Below are positions 25,122-41,099 of a stretch of 64,000 bases of DNA, one piece after another; the stretch's first letter is position 1, and every line of letters starts with the position of its first letter. The position numbers were made by a program, and so were the translations under genes. The notes under the pieces were generated by a model. That model saw nothing but the letters and a program-made list of their open reading frames with translations, did no database searches and had not been told where the DNA came from. Source of the DNA: Guillardia theta CCMP2712 (Eukaryota > Protista > Cryptophyta); contig NW_005434660.1 of the NCBI RefSeq assembly GCF_000315625.1, positions 482,711 to 546,710 of the forward strand, in the 5' to 3' direction.

Positions 25122-28100
25122 GAGGAGGANNNNNNNNNNNNNNNNNNNNNNNNNNNNNNNNNNNNNNNNNNNNNNNNNNNNNNNNNNNNNNNNNNNNNNN
25201 NNNNNNNNNNNNNNNNNNNNNNNNNNNNNTGATGACGGTGAAAATGCGGTTTAGGAGCCTGGAAAGTTTTTTGGAAGCTTCAAGTGAAGAAATTTCATGG
25301 AAATGTTCCCGGAAGGGAGAGGGAGGGATGGGGAAATTTGTTGAGTGAGGGACCAGGCCATGGGAGAATAGGGGGGGAAAAAGGAGGAAGCTTAGCAAAG
25401 GAGGGGGTTAAGGAGCATCAAAAAGAGCGGGATCCTTGGAACGAGGAGGAGGAAAAAAAAAAGAGGGTCAAGGGGAAGATCCTCTTGGTGTTGCAGAAGC
25501 TCAAAGCCGGAAATCCCATGAGGAAGGGAGGGAGGTGGCGTTTTTTTCTTTTTCCACCCTTTTTCGTCCCACGTCTTGATTGCGCGCAGAGAGAATTCAC
25601 CCTTGCGTTTCTCGCGCCACCGGACATGAGTTCTTATCCCTGGAGGGAAAAATCTAGGAAGAGCGGGGGGGGGGGGGGGGGGGGGAACGAAAGGAGAGAG
25701 AGGTGAGAGGAAAAGGCGCAAGAAGAGTAGAGGCAGGAGAGAGGTCGAAGAGAAGAGCAGGAGGAGGAAGGTAGTGGGAGAAAATGAAGCGAAGGAGGAG
25801 GGGAGGGGAGAGGGAGAAGAGAAGGGAAAGAGAGTCAAATGAGAGGTAGAGGAGGAGAACGAGGGAACGCGGGGAGGCGAGACAGGTATCGTATCACCTG
25901 ATCAGCAAGGAGCAGCGCCTTGTTTCTGCTGGTCAAGGAGTTTACAGCAGCTCTTAGCCAGCCTGTCTGCTTCTCAACCCACAGCAGCGCCGCCTTGTCC
26001 TCCCGCAGCCTCTCCTTCAGCGCCCTCCTCCCTTCCTTGGCCCACAGGCTCGTCGCGCGGACTCCGACTCTTGACCTCAGCCGCTGGCCCGTCAGCTCGT
26101 CATGGTCGAAGGAGGCAGCAGCATCGTCGTCAGCGTCGCCCTCCGTGTGCATCCTCAAGGCGCAAACGCCGTCGACGATCTCTGCGAGCTCTGAGTCCTT
26201 GACGTGAAGCGCCTCCTTGCTCTTGGAGAGAATCTGAGCGACGATGAATGAGGGCACAGCAAGAACAGCATAAGAATGAGAAGGAGGGGCAAGAGGAGGA
26301 GGAGGAGGGAAAGAGGGAGAGGCTGGAGGAGGAGGCAGAAACGAAAGAGGAAGGGGATGAGAAGGAGAAGAAGGTGCAGGTGAAAGAGGAGGACGAGATT
26401 GGATGGGGACGAGGAGCATAGCAGAGGCAGCAGTAGGTACAGCGCAAACTCACGATCTCTGTGATGTCCAGCACGGCAAGAGCTGACGACCGGTTCATCC
26501 TCCCATCGGCACAAGACTTCAGCGCAAGCGACACCTTGCTGTACAGGCTCTCGACTCCTCCCTCGGATATCAGCACCCCCCCAGCACCCCCCTGGCTCAT
26601 CCTGCCGAGGACGCTCTCAAACCGACCAGCTCCATCGAGGCAGCCCAAGGAGAGGAACAAGAGGGACCTGAGGAGGGAGGACCGGTGCATCCCAGTTTCC
26701 ATCTCCTCCTCCCCCATCCCCACCAGCGCGTCAAACTCCCTCAGAACGAGCTCGTCGAAGTCTCTGCAGCACCAGAATGGAGAGGAGGGAGCGGCAGCAG
26801 CGGATCTGACTTGGTTCACGGCCTCGAGGACAAGGATCAACGCTTCCACCTTGACTTGAGCTGCCCCTTCCTGCACCTCCAGCAGGACCTGCTTCCACAT
26901 ATCCACCGCTTTCAGCTTGTCTACCCTGTTCACAAAGTCGATCATGAGAGCAAACATGGCTGACACGCTGAACAGCTCCTCGTCGTTGGAGTCTGCCAGG
27001 ACGACTGAGAGTGGCCTTGCCTTGTTTACACGCCTGTGGACAAAAACGAAATCAACTCGTCGACTTCCTCTTTCCTTCCCCCCTCCATCACTCACACAAA
27101 CAGCTCCTCCACGAGCCGCAGCCTCGCGCTCTTGTCAGAACGTTGACCGTCGACAAGGTTCTCGATGCCAAGGGCCAGGAAGAGTCTGTTGACTACTTTG
27201 AGACATCGGAGACGATCGTTGGGGCTTGAGGTCCCAGGAGCGTCCAGGTAGCATGACAGGAGAAGCGAAGAGACTTTTGAGAGAATCTCCTCGATCTCCC
27301 TCTCCGAGTTGTCTTTCCCAAGCGCGCAGCTCAGAGCTATCAGCCTGTCCTCCTCCTTCCCGTCTCCCTCTCCCACCACACTCAGCGCCTTGGCAGCCGC
27401 CACCAGGTGCTCGCCCACCATCTTCAGCACGTGCGGCCTCATGCAGGCGACCTGGAGGGCAGCAGCACGTCATCATCGCGCAAGAAGCATCTCGCCTGCT
27501 CATACCGACTGATGCTTCATCACTACTTTGACACACTTCGCCATCGGCTCTACCAGCTGCTCGGGCCTGCACTGCAGCATTCCTGAGCCAAGGATGGTGG
27601 CGAGAGGAGCCTCGAGGAGCTTTTGGACCACGTCAGCTGTCTCCTCCCCTTGCAGCTTGCTCGTACAGTGCAGCAGGCACTGCAAAACGCACTCGAAGTA
27701 CGTCCTGACCGCTACCACCATCATCTCCTCACTTCGCTCAACGAGCACAAAGGATTCGGCGATGGCCGCCTGAAGCTCCAGGTAAACATGCTGCGTGCTC
27801 CCCTCCGAGGCTCCGGCGCAGAGGTCAGCGAAAGGAACGAAGCAAGGGTAAGAGGTCAGGCACGAGCCGTGGGCCGCAGACTTGACGTGGCTGAAGAAGC
27901 GAGGGAGGACGGCCTTTCTTACGTTGACCAGCTGAAAGCAGGAAGGGAACGTCTTGGAGAAAGTCAGGAGGCACTCCCAGAGTTGAACGTGCGATGCCGG
28001 GTCCTTGTCGGCAAGAGACTGGAGGACGAGAGGGGAGAGGACCGCTAGCAGCTTCTTGTCTGTGTCTTCCCCGTACTCCTCCACAAACTTGGGAGTCTTG

Positions 28101-29025
28101 GTGGTGACGGCAGTGACAAACGTGTACATGGCTGAACGGATATGAACATCCTGATGGCCCAGATACTTCCAGAACTGGTTGCCGGAGAAGATTTTGAAGC
28201 TGGACAGAAACGGCACGGCAAGACCAGGCTCTAGGATCTCCACGATGTGCGACAGCGCCTGTAGAGCAAGTTAGGGCGAGCAGAAGGAATGAAGAGAGCG
28301 CGTTGAGAGACCAGGACAGATGTCGAGATGATGCGAGCGAAGGTCTCCTCCGCCTCCTCCTTCGTGTAGCTCTTGGGGTCACAGAGAGTCTGTACGCTGT
28401 GACGCATCACGTCCTCGAGCGACCTGCTTATCTCCCCCTTGCAGAACACCAGCGCCTCCCCGACCTTGTTCTGCGGGAAGAAGCCCGAGAAAGCAAGGTT
28501 CGCCGCGGTCCGCACGTTGACCTCGGGGTCAAATCTTGCGCACAGCCAGGGATACATGAACGCCTTTATCCTCCTCCCCACCTGCTTCTTCACCCGCCCA
28601 CAGATGGCCTTGTGGGCCGCAAACAGCCCTTCCCGCACTCGCCGGTCAGGGTCCATCCATCCTATCTCGAAGTGCTGCTCCCAGAGAGTGAGAGCGGCCT
28701 CGATCTGCTGATCATCCTTCCCGCCCCCTTCCTCGCAGTACCCACAAAGGTCGCTCAGCGCCTTGATCTTGGTCGTCGAGTCCTTCTTGCTCAGCTTTCG
28801 GATGGCGATGGCTGACAGAGGAAGACGTCATCAGCCATCACACCAACCTCAACGCACACCTATCTCCGAGTCGACCTCATAGTCTATGCTCTCAGCTTTC
28901 GGATCAAATGCTGCAAAAGAAAGGCCCATGCCCCCCCCTCCCATCGACGCAACCATGGCAGCAGCCGCCGCCGAAGATGCCGCTGGTTTGGCTTTCCTGA
29001 GTCCCTTGTCCTTCTCTCGGCCCAT
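21525..29025 (-). CDS. LTN1: E3 ubiquitin-protein ligase Listerin (ribosome quality control)
   Basis: N-terminal IRKLSKKDSTTKIKAL...MDPDRRVRE...GRRIKAFMYPWLCARFDP (LTN1 N-domain), HEAT-like body and RWD-like region (REIAAAYSKDEAVMEVILRVPELYPL). C-terminal RING FEGVEECPICYTVIH...CHTCRNKFHSACLYKWF...CPLC. The gene is interrupted by the gap at 25130-25229. Confidence 0.95.
24995..25129 (+). repeat. (GA)n/(GGA)n microsatellite adjacent to assembly gap
   Basis: Directly visible, intronic in LTN1. Confidence 0.95.
25130..25229. other. Assembly gap (100 N)
   Basis: Run of N. Confidence 1.
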
Positions 29026-29384
29026 CTGCGCTATCTCATGTCAAGAATTTGAAGAAGTTACAACAGAGCTCTCTCTCCTTTCTCCCTCAGCTTGCGATTC
29101 TCTTTGTTCACGTGGGGAAATTGCCCTATGTTCCTTGTTTCAGTGTTCGCCTACCACCCAGTCGAACAAGCACAAGAGCATCTCTGTATCGTTCTACATC
29201 TTTCAGTCTCTGTCGTTGTAAGAGCATACCTGCTCTCAGTCCTGTCCTGCCTCCTCGTCCTCTCCTGCCTTATCTCGACGCCTTCCCTGTCCCTCGTGCT
29301 GTCGAAACCTTCCATTTCGTGCTTTCTCGTCCACCCTTGCACTACCCCTTCCAGACCCCTGAATTCTACCCCTACCCAAATGGC

Positions 29385-29800
29385 AACCGGGCCGGCGGCC
29401 GGGCACTGACTCTCAGCCTGATCGGACACCGTGGCCCACTGCGGCACCGGCCGCCGGGCCGGCCGGGCCGCTGCCCGGGCACTGGCCCGGGGCCGGGCGG
29501 CCTGACTCAGGGCTCGCGGCGGCGGGGCCGGCGCTGAAATCGGAACTTGGACCCAGGGGCCGCCGGGCTGCGGAAACTTGGCCGGACTCCGAGGCTCGGA
29601 CTCAGGGCAGGACGTTCAAGCCTTGGCCGCGATGATGATCATTTTTACTCAGGGCCGAGGCCGCCGGGGCCAGCCTTATTACATGGGGCCCGGGGGCTGG
29701 ATCATGATTCGAGTCGGCACCGTCACTGACATGAGCTTGATGACAGTGAGCCGGGCGGCTGTGCCCCGCCACGGACGGCCTGGGCCGCCTTCAAGATTTC
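29385..29800. promoter_or_regulatory. GC-rich intergenic island between divergent LTN1 and Myb genes
   Basis: GCCGG/GGCC-rich, with TGACTCA at 29503. Confidence 0.45.
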
Positions 29801-30022
29801 CCATCCAAACAACGTTGTTTCAAGATGTGTTGCAGTTACCCATACCATAAAAGACGTGTTTTCGAAGTATGTCCCTCTCTAAACGTTGCATTTCTGCATC
29901 CATATCGTCAACCCCTCGAAACGTTGCAGTGATGATACAATTGACCCTCTCAGACGTTGCGTACTGAAACATCAACATCTCATACAACAACAACGGTGCC
30001 TGCTGGCAGCACCCGCACAACG

Positions 30023-30568
30023 ATGGCGACGATGGTACACCTTACGGTGGACGAGGCTGTGGCAGCGCTGTATCCTGACGACGTTGCCGATCTCACGAAA
30101 CTTCTTGAGCTTCCTGAAGATTTCTCGAGCAGTGATGCTGAGCTTCCTGAAGATTTCTCGAGCAGTGATGCTGAGATCGAGCAGCGAGCCTCCGCTTCAG
30201 GAACGTCTTGCATACCCCAGCAAGAGCACAGCCCCACTCCCCAACCTCCTGCTCCCCCCTCTCCTTCTACTTCTGCCTCGACATCAGCATCATCTCCTTC
30301 TCGCAACGATCAGCTCTCTCGTCGAATGTGGACCAGGGATGAGCACGAGCGCTTCTTACAAGCTCTTGGAGAGTATGTGGCAAAGCAGCACAAGACAGGA
30401 GTCAAAGATGAAACGGGGAAACTGCGGGCAGGGCTGGGAAGGGGGGCTGCCAAGAAGATAGCAGCAGCTGTTGGAACTAGGAGCGAGGCGCAGGTCCGAT
30501 CTCACGCACAGAAGTTCTTCCAGCAGCAAACGAGAGAGGGAAGGAACTGGAGAGATTTTTTTGCTTGA
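30023..30568 (+). CDS. SHAQKYF-class single-repeat Myb transcription factor
   Basis: RRMWTRDEHERFLQALGEY...AAKKIAAAVGTRSEAQVRSHAQKFF. Intronless, first ATG at 30023. Confidence 0.9.
   Translation: MATMVHLTVDEAVAALYPDDVADLTKLLELPEDFSSSDAELPEDFSSSDAEIEQRASASGTSCIPQQEHSPTPQPPAPPSPSTSASTSASSPSRNDQLSRRMWTRDEHERFLQALGEYVAKQHKTGVKDETGKLRAGLGRGAAKKIAAAVGTRSEAQVRSHAQKFFQQQTREGRNWRDFFA
30108..30176 (+). repeat. 33-bp in-frame tandem duplication (ELPEDFSSSDA x2)
   Basis: gagcttcctgaagatttctcgagcagtgatgct occurs twice in succession. Confidence 0.9.
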
Positions 30569-30921
30569 AGAGTGTGAGAATGGAGATTCTCAGTGGAGTG
30601 TTTTATCGTATCATTTGTAAAAACGCCGGGATCGGTGAAATTTGTGGAGTATGCAGCAAAATAAAATTTCAATATTGATGATAGTGCCCTAATGATACAC
30701 GACTTGCATGTTTCTTGCTAAGTGCTGTTAGCAATGATATCCTATATCATCTGTACATCATACAAAAGGTATACTGATGTCTGTGCACTAGCTGTGTTCA
30801 ATCAATTCTTGTTCACTTTAGACGAGCCTCTTGAAGCTTCAAGTTTGACTGCTGCTAAAATTTGCGATCGCACAGTCTCATGCCGCTCGCGTACACCATC
30901 AGCAAATGGTGTTGTTTCAGG

Positions 30922-33900
30922 ATGAGAAGAGCTCTACAATCATCTTCCATGCTCTATCTGCTCCTGCTCGTGCACTCGCATAGTCAAGGTGACAAAGGAA
31001 CCTCGACGTGCTGTGCTAGTTTCAAGTATTCAATGGGAAAGGAAAAGTAGAAGCAAATTACCCAAGAGAAACAGGGATCAAACAAGTTAACCCCAGAGAA
31101 AGGCAAGGGCAAGAGCGAGGGCAGCTCCTTCCTCCAACTCCAACCACACGAGCCATGGCATGTACGACCAGCAGGGCAACAAGGATCAAGACAAAAGTCG
31201 TGCGGAGCAAGGAAAGGGAAAATACCAACAAATCCGCTAATCTGCTCAACAACACCGCCCAGCCAACGAGCTAGCATTGTCCATGCTGATGCGCAGATTG
31301 ATGCGCCCGCCCTGGCGCCCGCCATGGCGAGTGGTGGCGCTGGCGATGCTGAACATGTGCTGTCTGCCGATGCCGACGATGATGACGATGACGGCAATGT
31401 CAACAAGCATGAAGACTGCTGCAGCAAGACACCCGGTATCATCTTCATTGTTCCCATCACCATCTGCAGCAAAAACAGCAAGCACAGAAGCAGCTCCTTC
31501 ATGGGTTGCTGCACTGCCAAGCACCTTGAGGCTGGCAGGTGGAAGCGACCGTATCATCACAGAACGACCAAGTCTATCTGAAGAAGATGCTCGATCCTCC
31601 TCCCTCCTCACCATGCTGCGCAAGATGAGCTCCCTTAAGCGCGAGTCCCAGCAGATGTTCGCGTCGGACGACGAGTGGCTGCAGCGATGGATCAGCTCGT
31701 GCGAGGAGCTGTGGGAGACTCGTAGCGAGTCTCTCAAGCCCAAGACGTTGAAAGCGAGGTAAGAGTGTCTCGCCTATGAGCCTCCCTCAAACGTGCGCAG
31801 GTTTAAGGCCATGATGAAAGCAGAGGAGATTCAGTCAAGGGACGAGGAAATGATCAGGACCATGTCTGATGTGAGCTGGGGGAAGCGACTGCTGCTGAAG
31901 CTGGAGGACGAGATGAGGTCAAGGGCTCAATGCAGGAGAGAGACAAGGAGATTTCCATCCCTGTCGGAAGCGTTGGAGCATCAGGCGAGGGAAGGAGGAG
32001 AAGGAGCTGCTCAGGGATCGCATGCAGGAGGTCAAGTGCCACCAGGAGACCAGCCAGTCATCTGGTATGAGGCTGAGAAGACCCTGATCCTCCCCCACGG
32101 CCTTATCCAGGAGGGCAGCGGAGGAGCGCTACTAGTTGTCCCCTCTGCGGAGCTTCATCTGCGGGGTCAAGGAGGAGAAGCTGGCGGAGGGAGACAAATA
32201 GAGCAGGGAGCGACTGTGATCAGCCGTCCTCTTGATTTGTCTGACGGGTCTAGCGGGTCGCTCTTACATGTTCAGCTGCAGGTTGCAGCCGCTCATTTCT
32301 CTGCCTCCTTGTCTCTTCCTCGATTCCCTCCCCCCCCCCTCCCCCTCCTCCCCCCTCCATGTTCTCCTCTGCCCCACCTCGGCCCGTGTTCTCCAGCTTC
32401 CTGCCGATGCTGACTGCGATGTCAGTGGGGGAGCGATGATTCTCTCGATGCGACTTTGAGCGTCGAAGGAGGAGAATGGCGGGTGATGAGATGTAGCATC
32501 AAGAGCTTCGAAGCTATCGCGGTGGGCATCGCTCCTTGATAATTTCCTCTGCTCCTGCACTGCATCTCTTCCCTCCTTCGTTCTGCCTGTTCCTCCTCCA
32601 AACTTTCGATGCTGATGACGTGGAACTAAGACTGACTGACTATGAGTTTTGCGTCTTCCTGCTCCTCTTTTGTGTCGTTGTCCACTTTCCATCCTCGCCT
32701 CACAATCTTCCTTCCTCTCCTCCACCAACGTGTTGCTTGCTCGCTTCTCTCTTGACCTGGAGCAGCTGGAGGTGAAAGGAGGAAACGTCTCCATGTGCTC
32801 AAGTCAGATCGGAGGACAGGAAGGCGTGAGCATGCAAGCCAATTGTGAGCAGCACGCGAAACCTTCTGGCTCCTCCTCCTCACGCTGATGCCTGAAAGGT
32901 GCTGTCTTCATGTGCGGCGGGGAGCTGCGATGCCTGCAGACGGTCAGAGGAGCGGCTCCTGCGCCTGCTCTTGACTTTGACGGCAGGATGTCTCTTTCGT
33001 TGGAGCTCTGACAGTCCAAGAGCTGCAGCAGAGGAAGGAGACGAGCGAGGCGAAGGAGAGCGGGGATGCTACAGCTATGGCCGTATCAAGAGGAGGGCTT
33101 GCAATGTTCGCAGACTGCTCGTTCCATCACATCGCTGGATCGGCGGCTGTGCTCTCGGACAGCGCGTTCCTCTCCCTCCTCTCATGCAAGGTTTTTTCTT
33201 GCTCCCTCCGCCCTTGTCTCCTCTTCTCTCGTCTCTGCCTCACCTGTGCCCTCTTCCCGCTTCTCCCAGTTCTCCCCCTCCCCCACATCATTTGTCCATT
33301 CCTGTTCCCCCTCGTCCGTCATCAATCGTGCTATGAACTGCGTACTGCACTAGACCCAGTTCAATCATTCTCCTTCCCTTCCCCTCATCTTCTTCCCCTT
33401 CCTCTTCCTTCCTCCCTCTATCTCTCTGACTTCTATTCTGGTGACTTGAGCTTCAGGTTCGCATCCTAGACAAGGAAGCAGCCGTGACGGTTCTACGACG
33501 CAAGAACTCAGTGAGGAGAGGACAGGACAGGACAGGACAGGAGGGGGAGGGGAGAACAGAGCAGAGCAGAGCAGAGAAGGGATGTGCCAAGAAGGGGGAG
33601 AAAGAGGACGAGGGCAAGGGAAAGAGAGCAGTAGGAAAAGAAGAAGCAGGAGGGAAATTCAAGAAGGGGGAGGGGAAGAGGTTGAAGGGAGGGGTGCGAA
33701 CATGGGAGGGAAGGGGAGGGAGGGAGGGAGGGAGGAGGAGCTCATGTTGCCTCAGGTGCATCTCTGCGTACAGCGTAGCATCCTCACTGTCAGTCGACTG
33801 GTGCAGGGCGGCGACTCTGCTCCTCTAGTTGTCATCGACAAGGTGATGAGTGATGGGATGGAGGACTCAGGAAGCAGGACAGAGGAGAGTGCAGAAAAGG

Positions 33901-33924
33901 AGGAAGCGTGTTGGAGGGAGTTGG

Positions 33925-33993
<69 letters not shown>

Positions 33994-34144
33994 TGGAGTG
34001 ATCAGGGAGGATGGAGGAGAAAGCAGGGGAGGGAGCTGAGCGATGTTGCAGGAGAACGACTTCAACTGGGTGTCAGACATAAGTGAGGAGACGGTGAGAT
34101 CGAACGTTCACCACAACTTCAACTCCAAGACGTGCCAGTGGTGA
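30922..34144 (+). CDS. Signal-peptide protein with LRLAGG motif and probable right-handed beta-helix (pectin-lyase-like) repeats, many small exons
   Basis: Exon 1 MRRALQSSSMLYLLLLVHSHSQ splices in phase to AKTASTEAAPSWVAALPSTLRLAGGS. Later segments include RRFPSLSEAL, ATVISRPLDLSDGSSGSLLHVQL, LEVKGGNVSMCSSQIGG and AMAVSRGGLAMFADCSFHHIAGSAAVLSDSA. The last exon ends NSKTCQW*. Confidence 0.55.
33927..33991 (+). repeat. (GCAG)n microsatellite
   Basis: Directly visible, intronic. Confidence 0.95.
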
Positions 34145-34345
34145 GGTAGAAGTGGAGAGGGAGAGGCGAGGAGGAGGAGGAGTAAGGGGATAAGGAAGAA
34201 GGAAAAGAAGGGGCAATGAATAAGGAGAAGGGCAAAGGAGGTTGAAGAAGGAGAGGAGCGTGAAGGAGGATGAGGACGCGGAGGAGGAGAGGAGGAGGAG
34301 GAGGAGGAGGAGGAGGAGGGAAGGTACATTGTTACACTGTGGTGT

Positions 34346-37402
<3,057 letters not shown>

Positions 37403-37766
37403 GGCAAGTTGCAGTGAACGAGTATCAGGCTCGCCTCAGAATTATGATGCTGGTAGTCAACCCTAGGCACTGTGGCCGTGGGCCGGGCCGGGCTCACCCG
37501 GTCACAGTGACTCAGCCGGCCCCGGAGCCTGCGGGACCCCGGGGACCGACTGGCCTGCGGCGCGCCGGGCTGACAGTTTCTAGTGACTCTGTGAGAGCAG
37601 TCGGTGAATACAGAGAATCCAAAGTAACTCACCGTACTGACAGTGGTGTACTATAATGGTGCAAATTATGTCAATCAGTTTTAATGCATCAAGCAACGAG
37701 GAATAGAGAAAGGAAATTAAATAGAGTAGAACAATACCACAGGATGTCAGCGTCAGAGGAATTAAG

Positions 37767-39541
37767 TTAAAGCACCGCCTTGATCACGTGACTTGTTTTT
37801 AGGGCATGCGACGGTGTCAAATGAAGCATTGACGTCTGCTTCGAAATGCTTGACATCAGGCAAGAGGCCGCAAGCAGCTTTGGCAGAGTCTCTGATAGAA
37901 GTTGCCGGGCACCCAAGGCTGCAGCCAACCAAAGCACCAGAACCTCAACCACTGTCATCATCACGTGAAACAGAGCGAATGGCTTCACATTCCGTTGATG
38001 AGCTCCCCATACCATTGCGAATAGAGCAAAACTGTAAAAAGATAGATTCCAAGCTGTCATGGCTAAGTAAAAGGCAGAGTTCGGTTGATTCGCCGACGCT
38101 GTCAACTCCAAGTTCATCACTTGCGGAACGTCGAAGATCCCAGTGATTATCAACAAAATTGCTATCAAGGGGATGACAACAGTATCTGCAATGGATCTGA
38201 CCGAACGCACCACTTCTGCCTTCCAACCTTCACAGATCTTCAGTGTTGAAGGAAGGGACCCTCTGCCGCGAGCAATAACATCTCTGCACATCTGAACCAT
38301 GGCCATGGTTGACTTGGCTGAGGGGTCAGTTGGAGCGATTCGATCCGCGATAGATTCGATTGTATCTTCGAAGATATCCAATACTGATGCCATGTCCACC
38401 GTATCCAACATCAACTTGGCGCTGAGCCCCTTGCGAAGTTTAACCGGCTTCGTGTTCCTACATTCGCCAAGCTCTTTTCGGATCTCTCCCTTGAAGACAT
38501 CTGGATTTGCATAGCACAGGCTAAGTGTATGTGCTGCCATCACTTGAGGGATAGCGCAAAACAAGAAGTTGCTTTCGTCTGAAATGGTTGAAAGGTATTC
38601 GACACAGTAAGGAAGATGTTGGAGAGCATTGGTGACCATGTCATTCAAGCAGGCCACTGCAAGCGTCTCATTCTTTCCAAACGTGAAGTTGGCAAGGTCG
38701 TCCGTGTACTTGCCCCATATATCCTTGGGCCAGAAAACCCTCCTGTCTCCCGTTTCAGGGTTCACGTCCTCATGGTCCTCGAGGAAATCACGAATGATGT
38801 TGGTTTTCTGCAGGAACAGACCCATATGATTAGCCGTCTCCAAGTTCTCACCCACCATCGGATCTTCCAACCCAGAAGCTGCAAACAATCCGCTGAGCCC
38901 AATTCCGACCAAACCAGCAACATAGTGACAGTACAGATCGTAATCCTTGGTGGTGACCACCTTCATCTTGGTGAACTTCTCCATGCCCTCAGCCATTTTC
39001 TTTGTGATGTCACAGATTATTTCTTGATACTGAGGTTTCAAGGTGTTGTATCCGCGAGTGACATGGAAAAAGTTCTCGACCAAGATCTTCTCGTCCTTGT
39101 AACCACCTGCAACCAACAAGATCAGTATGGATTCAACCATAGACTGTTCAGACTCACAGCTAAGGCAGTACTTCTCATCAGTCAGCTTCTGATAAAAAGT
39201 CGAGAGTAATTTGGTCTTTGTTTCTTTGTCAATTGCCATGTCATCCTCTGCATGATTGTGAGCATAACAGCGATACGCTAAATCGGTAAGTTGGTACCTA
39301 TAGTATCGAGACCACGCAGCACCAAATAGAAAATGCATACAGCATTTCTCAACTCGTCCCCAAGCTGCTGGATCACAATCGCAAACGATCTTGAGACCTT
39401 GTCCAGCATATCGTAGCAGAACAACCAGTCTGCATCTCTCTTCTGCTGCGATGCGCGCTTCTTCCATTTTGAGATTTTCCTCTTCAGTTTGATCAGTGCC
39501 GTGAATTCACTGGGGCGCAAAAGAAGCGAAAGAACGCCCAT
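37767..39541 (-). CDS. SQS: Squalene synthase (farnesyl-diphosphate farnesyltransferase)
   Basis: FCYDMLDKVSRSFAIVIQQL...FYLVLRGLDTI|EDDM, YDLYCHYVAGLVGIGLS, MGLFLQKTNIIRDFLED, RVFWP and FCAIPQVMA. Two short introns. Confidence 0.97.
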
Positions 39542-41099
39542 CTTTTAGAGATCAAATTGAGAGAGCTCGCAGCGTGATTCACTCTCGAAAGAGTCTGCGA
39601 ACAAAGTATGTCACAATCAACTCTAATCAGGCCACATGTCAGGAAATTAACAAAACGAAAACGAATTCCTAACCAAAAGAACCAGATTTTCGTAATCAAA
39701 CGATTGCTTCTCTATCGTATGATAGTTCTAAACGAATACCATCTAACAACGAACATACAGACCTTAAAACACTCCTTCCCCTCAAAACACAAGACACAGC
39801 AGTGCTGTGATGTTCACGAACTTTGAGCTCAAAAGAACACGAACAATCATCAATCAAATTGGGATCATCGTGATGTCAGGCAACGAGTACATGAGCATCC
39901 TAATGGAGGTTTTCGCTCTCGTCAGAGCTCCTATCTTTCTTATGATATGTTGCATAATGCCAAACTTTCACGGGCCATTCACATCGTGCAGTAGCTGCAG
40001 GTCCACGACCGGTAGGGTAGGGTGCTCATGACCGTTGGGGTACAATCCAGGACCGGTGGTACAAACCATCGGAAACTTGTGGGTGGTGTGCAGAAATGAG
40101 CGAGAAAGACCACACTGAATCTGGTAAAATACAGGGGTGAAATTGACGGTAATCCAGAAGGGGTACTTGAGATCTATGGAAGGTTGGTCGGATCATGGTG
40201 GGGTCCAGTTTACCAGCGGGGGTAGGGTCCTCCGAGACAGGAAAGTGCTGAGTGGGGGAAGGTGGGGTATCGACGGTGGATGAAAGGGTGGTAGGGGTAC
40301 AGGGAAGGGGCGATCAAAATTTCCGCAGGGGGGCAACACGCTTGACAAGAATCTTGGGGTGGTAAAATAATTTGTAACATAAATGTTTACTTACTGTATT
40401 TTTGTATAAATTAAACATTTGATAAGTAATAAATGTAGTCAATTGTTGGGCATTTCGTCCTCTGACATGGTTTCCCGCCCGCAGCAAGGTGCGTTTTCCA
40501 AAGGATCCCCATTTGATACCCCTCTAATCCACCCCCTACAGCAATGGAACCCCTACCCTATCAGTCACACACCAAAAACACCCCACCACTCCCTGTGACA
40601 CTTTAACTTTCAACATTTGAGGGGATCTTTATGACCCTACCTATCTCAAAAGGATGACAGCTGATTACCCCACCCTCAGTGTCAGTCCTCTGATTCTGGT
40701 CCTCTGCTATCGTAGCTCCCCAAGCGCGATCCGGGATTTCATGATTGAACGAAATAATTAGAAACTTTCAAATTGGATAGGAAAGGACTTGTGAGACCCC
40801 CGTTTGGAAGCGATTTGAATAGGGTGGTTACAGTTCAGAATAGAAATCAACTTTAAAATTTTGAAACAATTTTCAAAGCGGCGGGCTCAAAGGCTGACCG
40901 TTAGAGCTTATCCAGGGTTTCTTTCAGGGGTCCGGTAGAATTAGCTAACGCGGGTAGGGGTTACAATCCATGGGTCCTCACATATGAAATGTTCAAATTG
41001 AAGTAGGTGGGGGTCACCATGGACACCCACCCTTGCAGTCTCAGCTGGGGGTCGGAATTTCGCGGGGACAACTCATTTCAGTTAAATTTTCATTATTAT

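Noticed and set aside
25230-25720. Apparent diverged duplicate of the LTN1 segment at ~24525-25000
   Set aside because: It starts right at a gap, and the differences are dominated by homopolymer expansions. This is typical of a low-quality read end overlapping the previous contig, not a real exon duplication.
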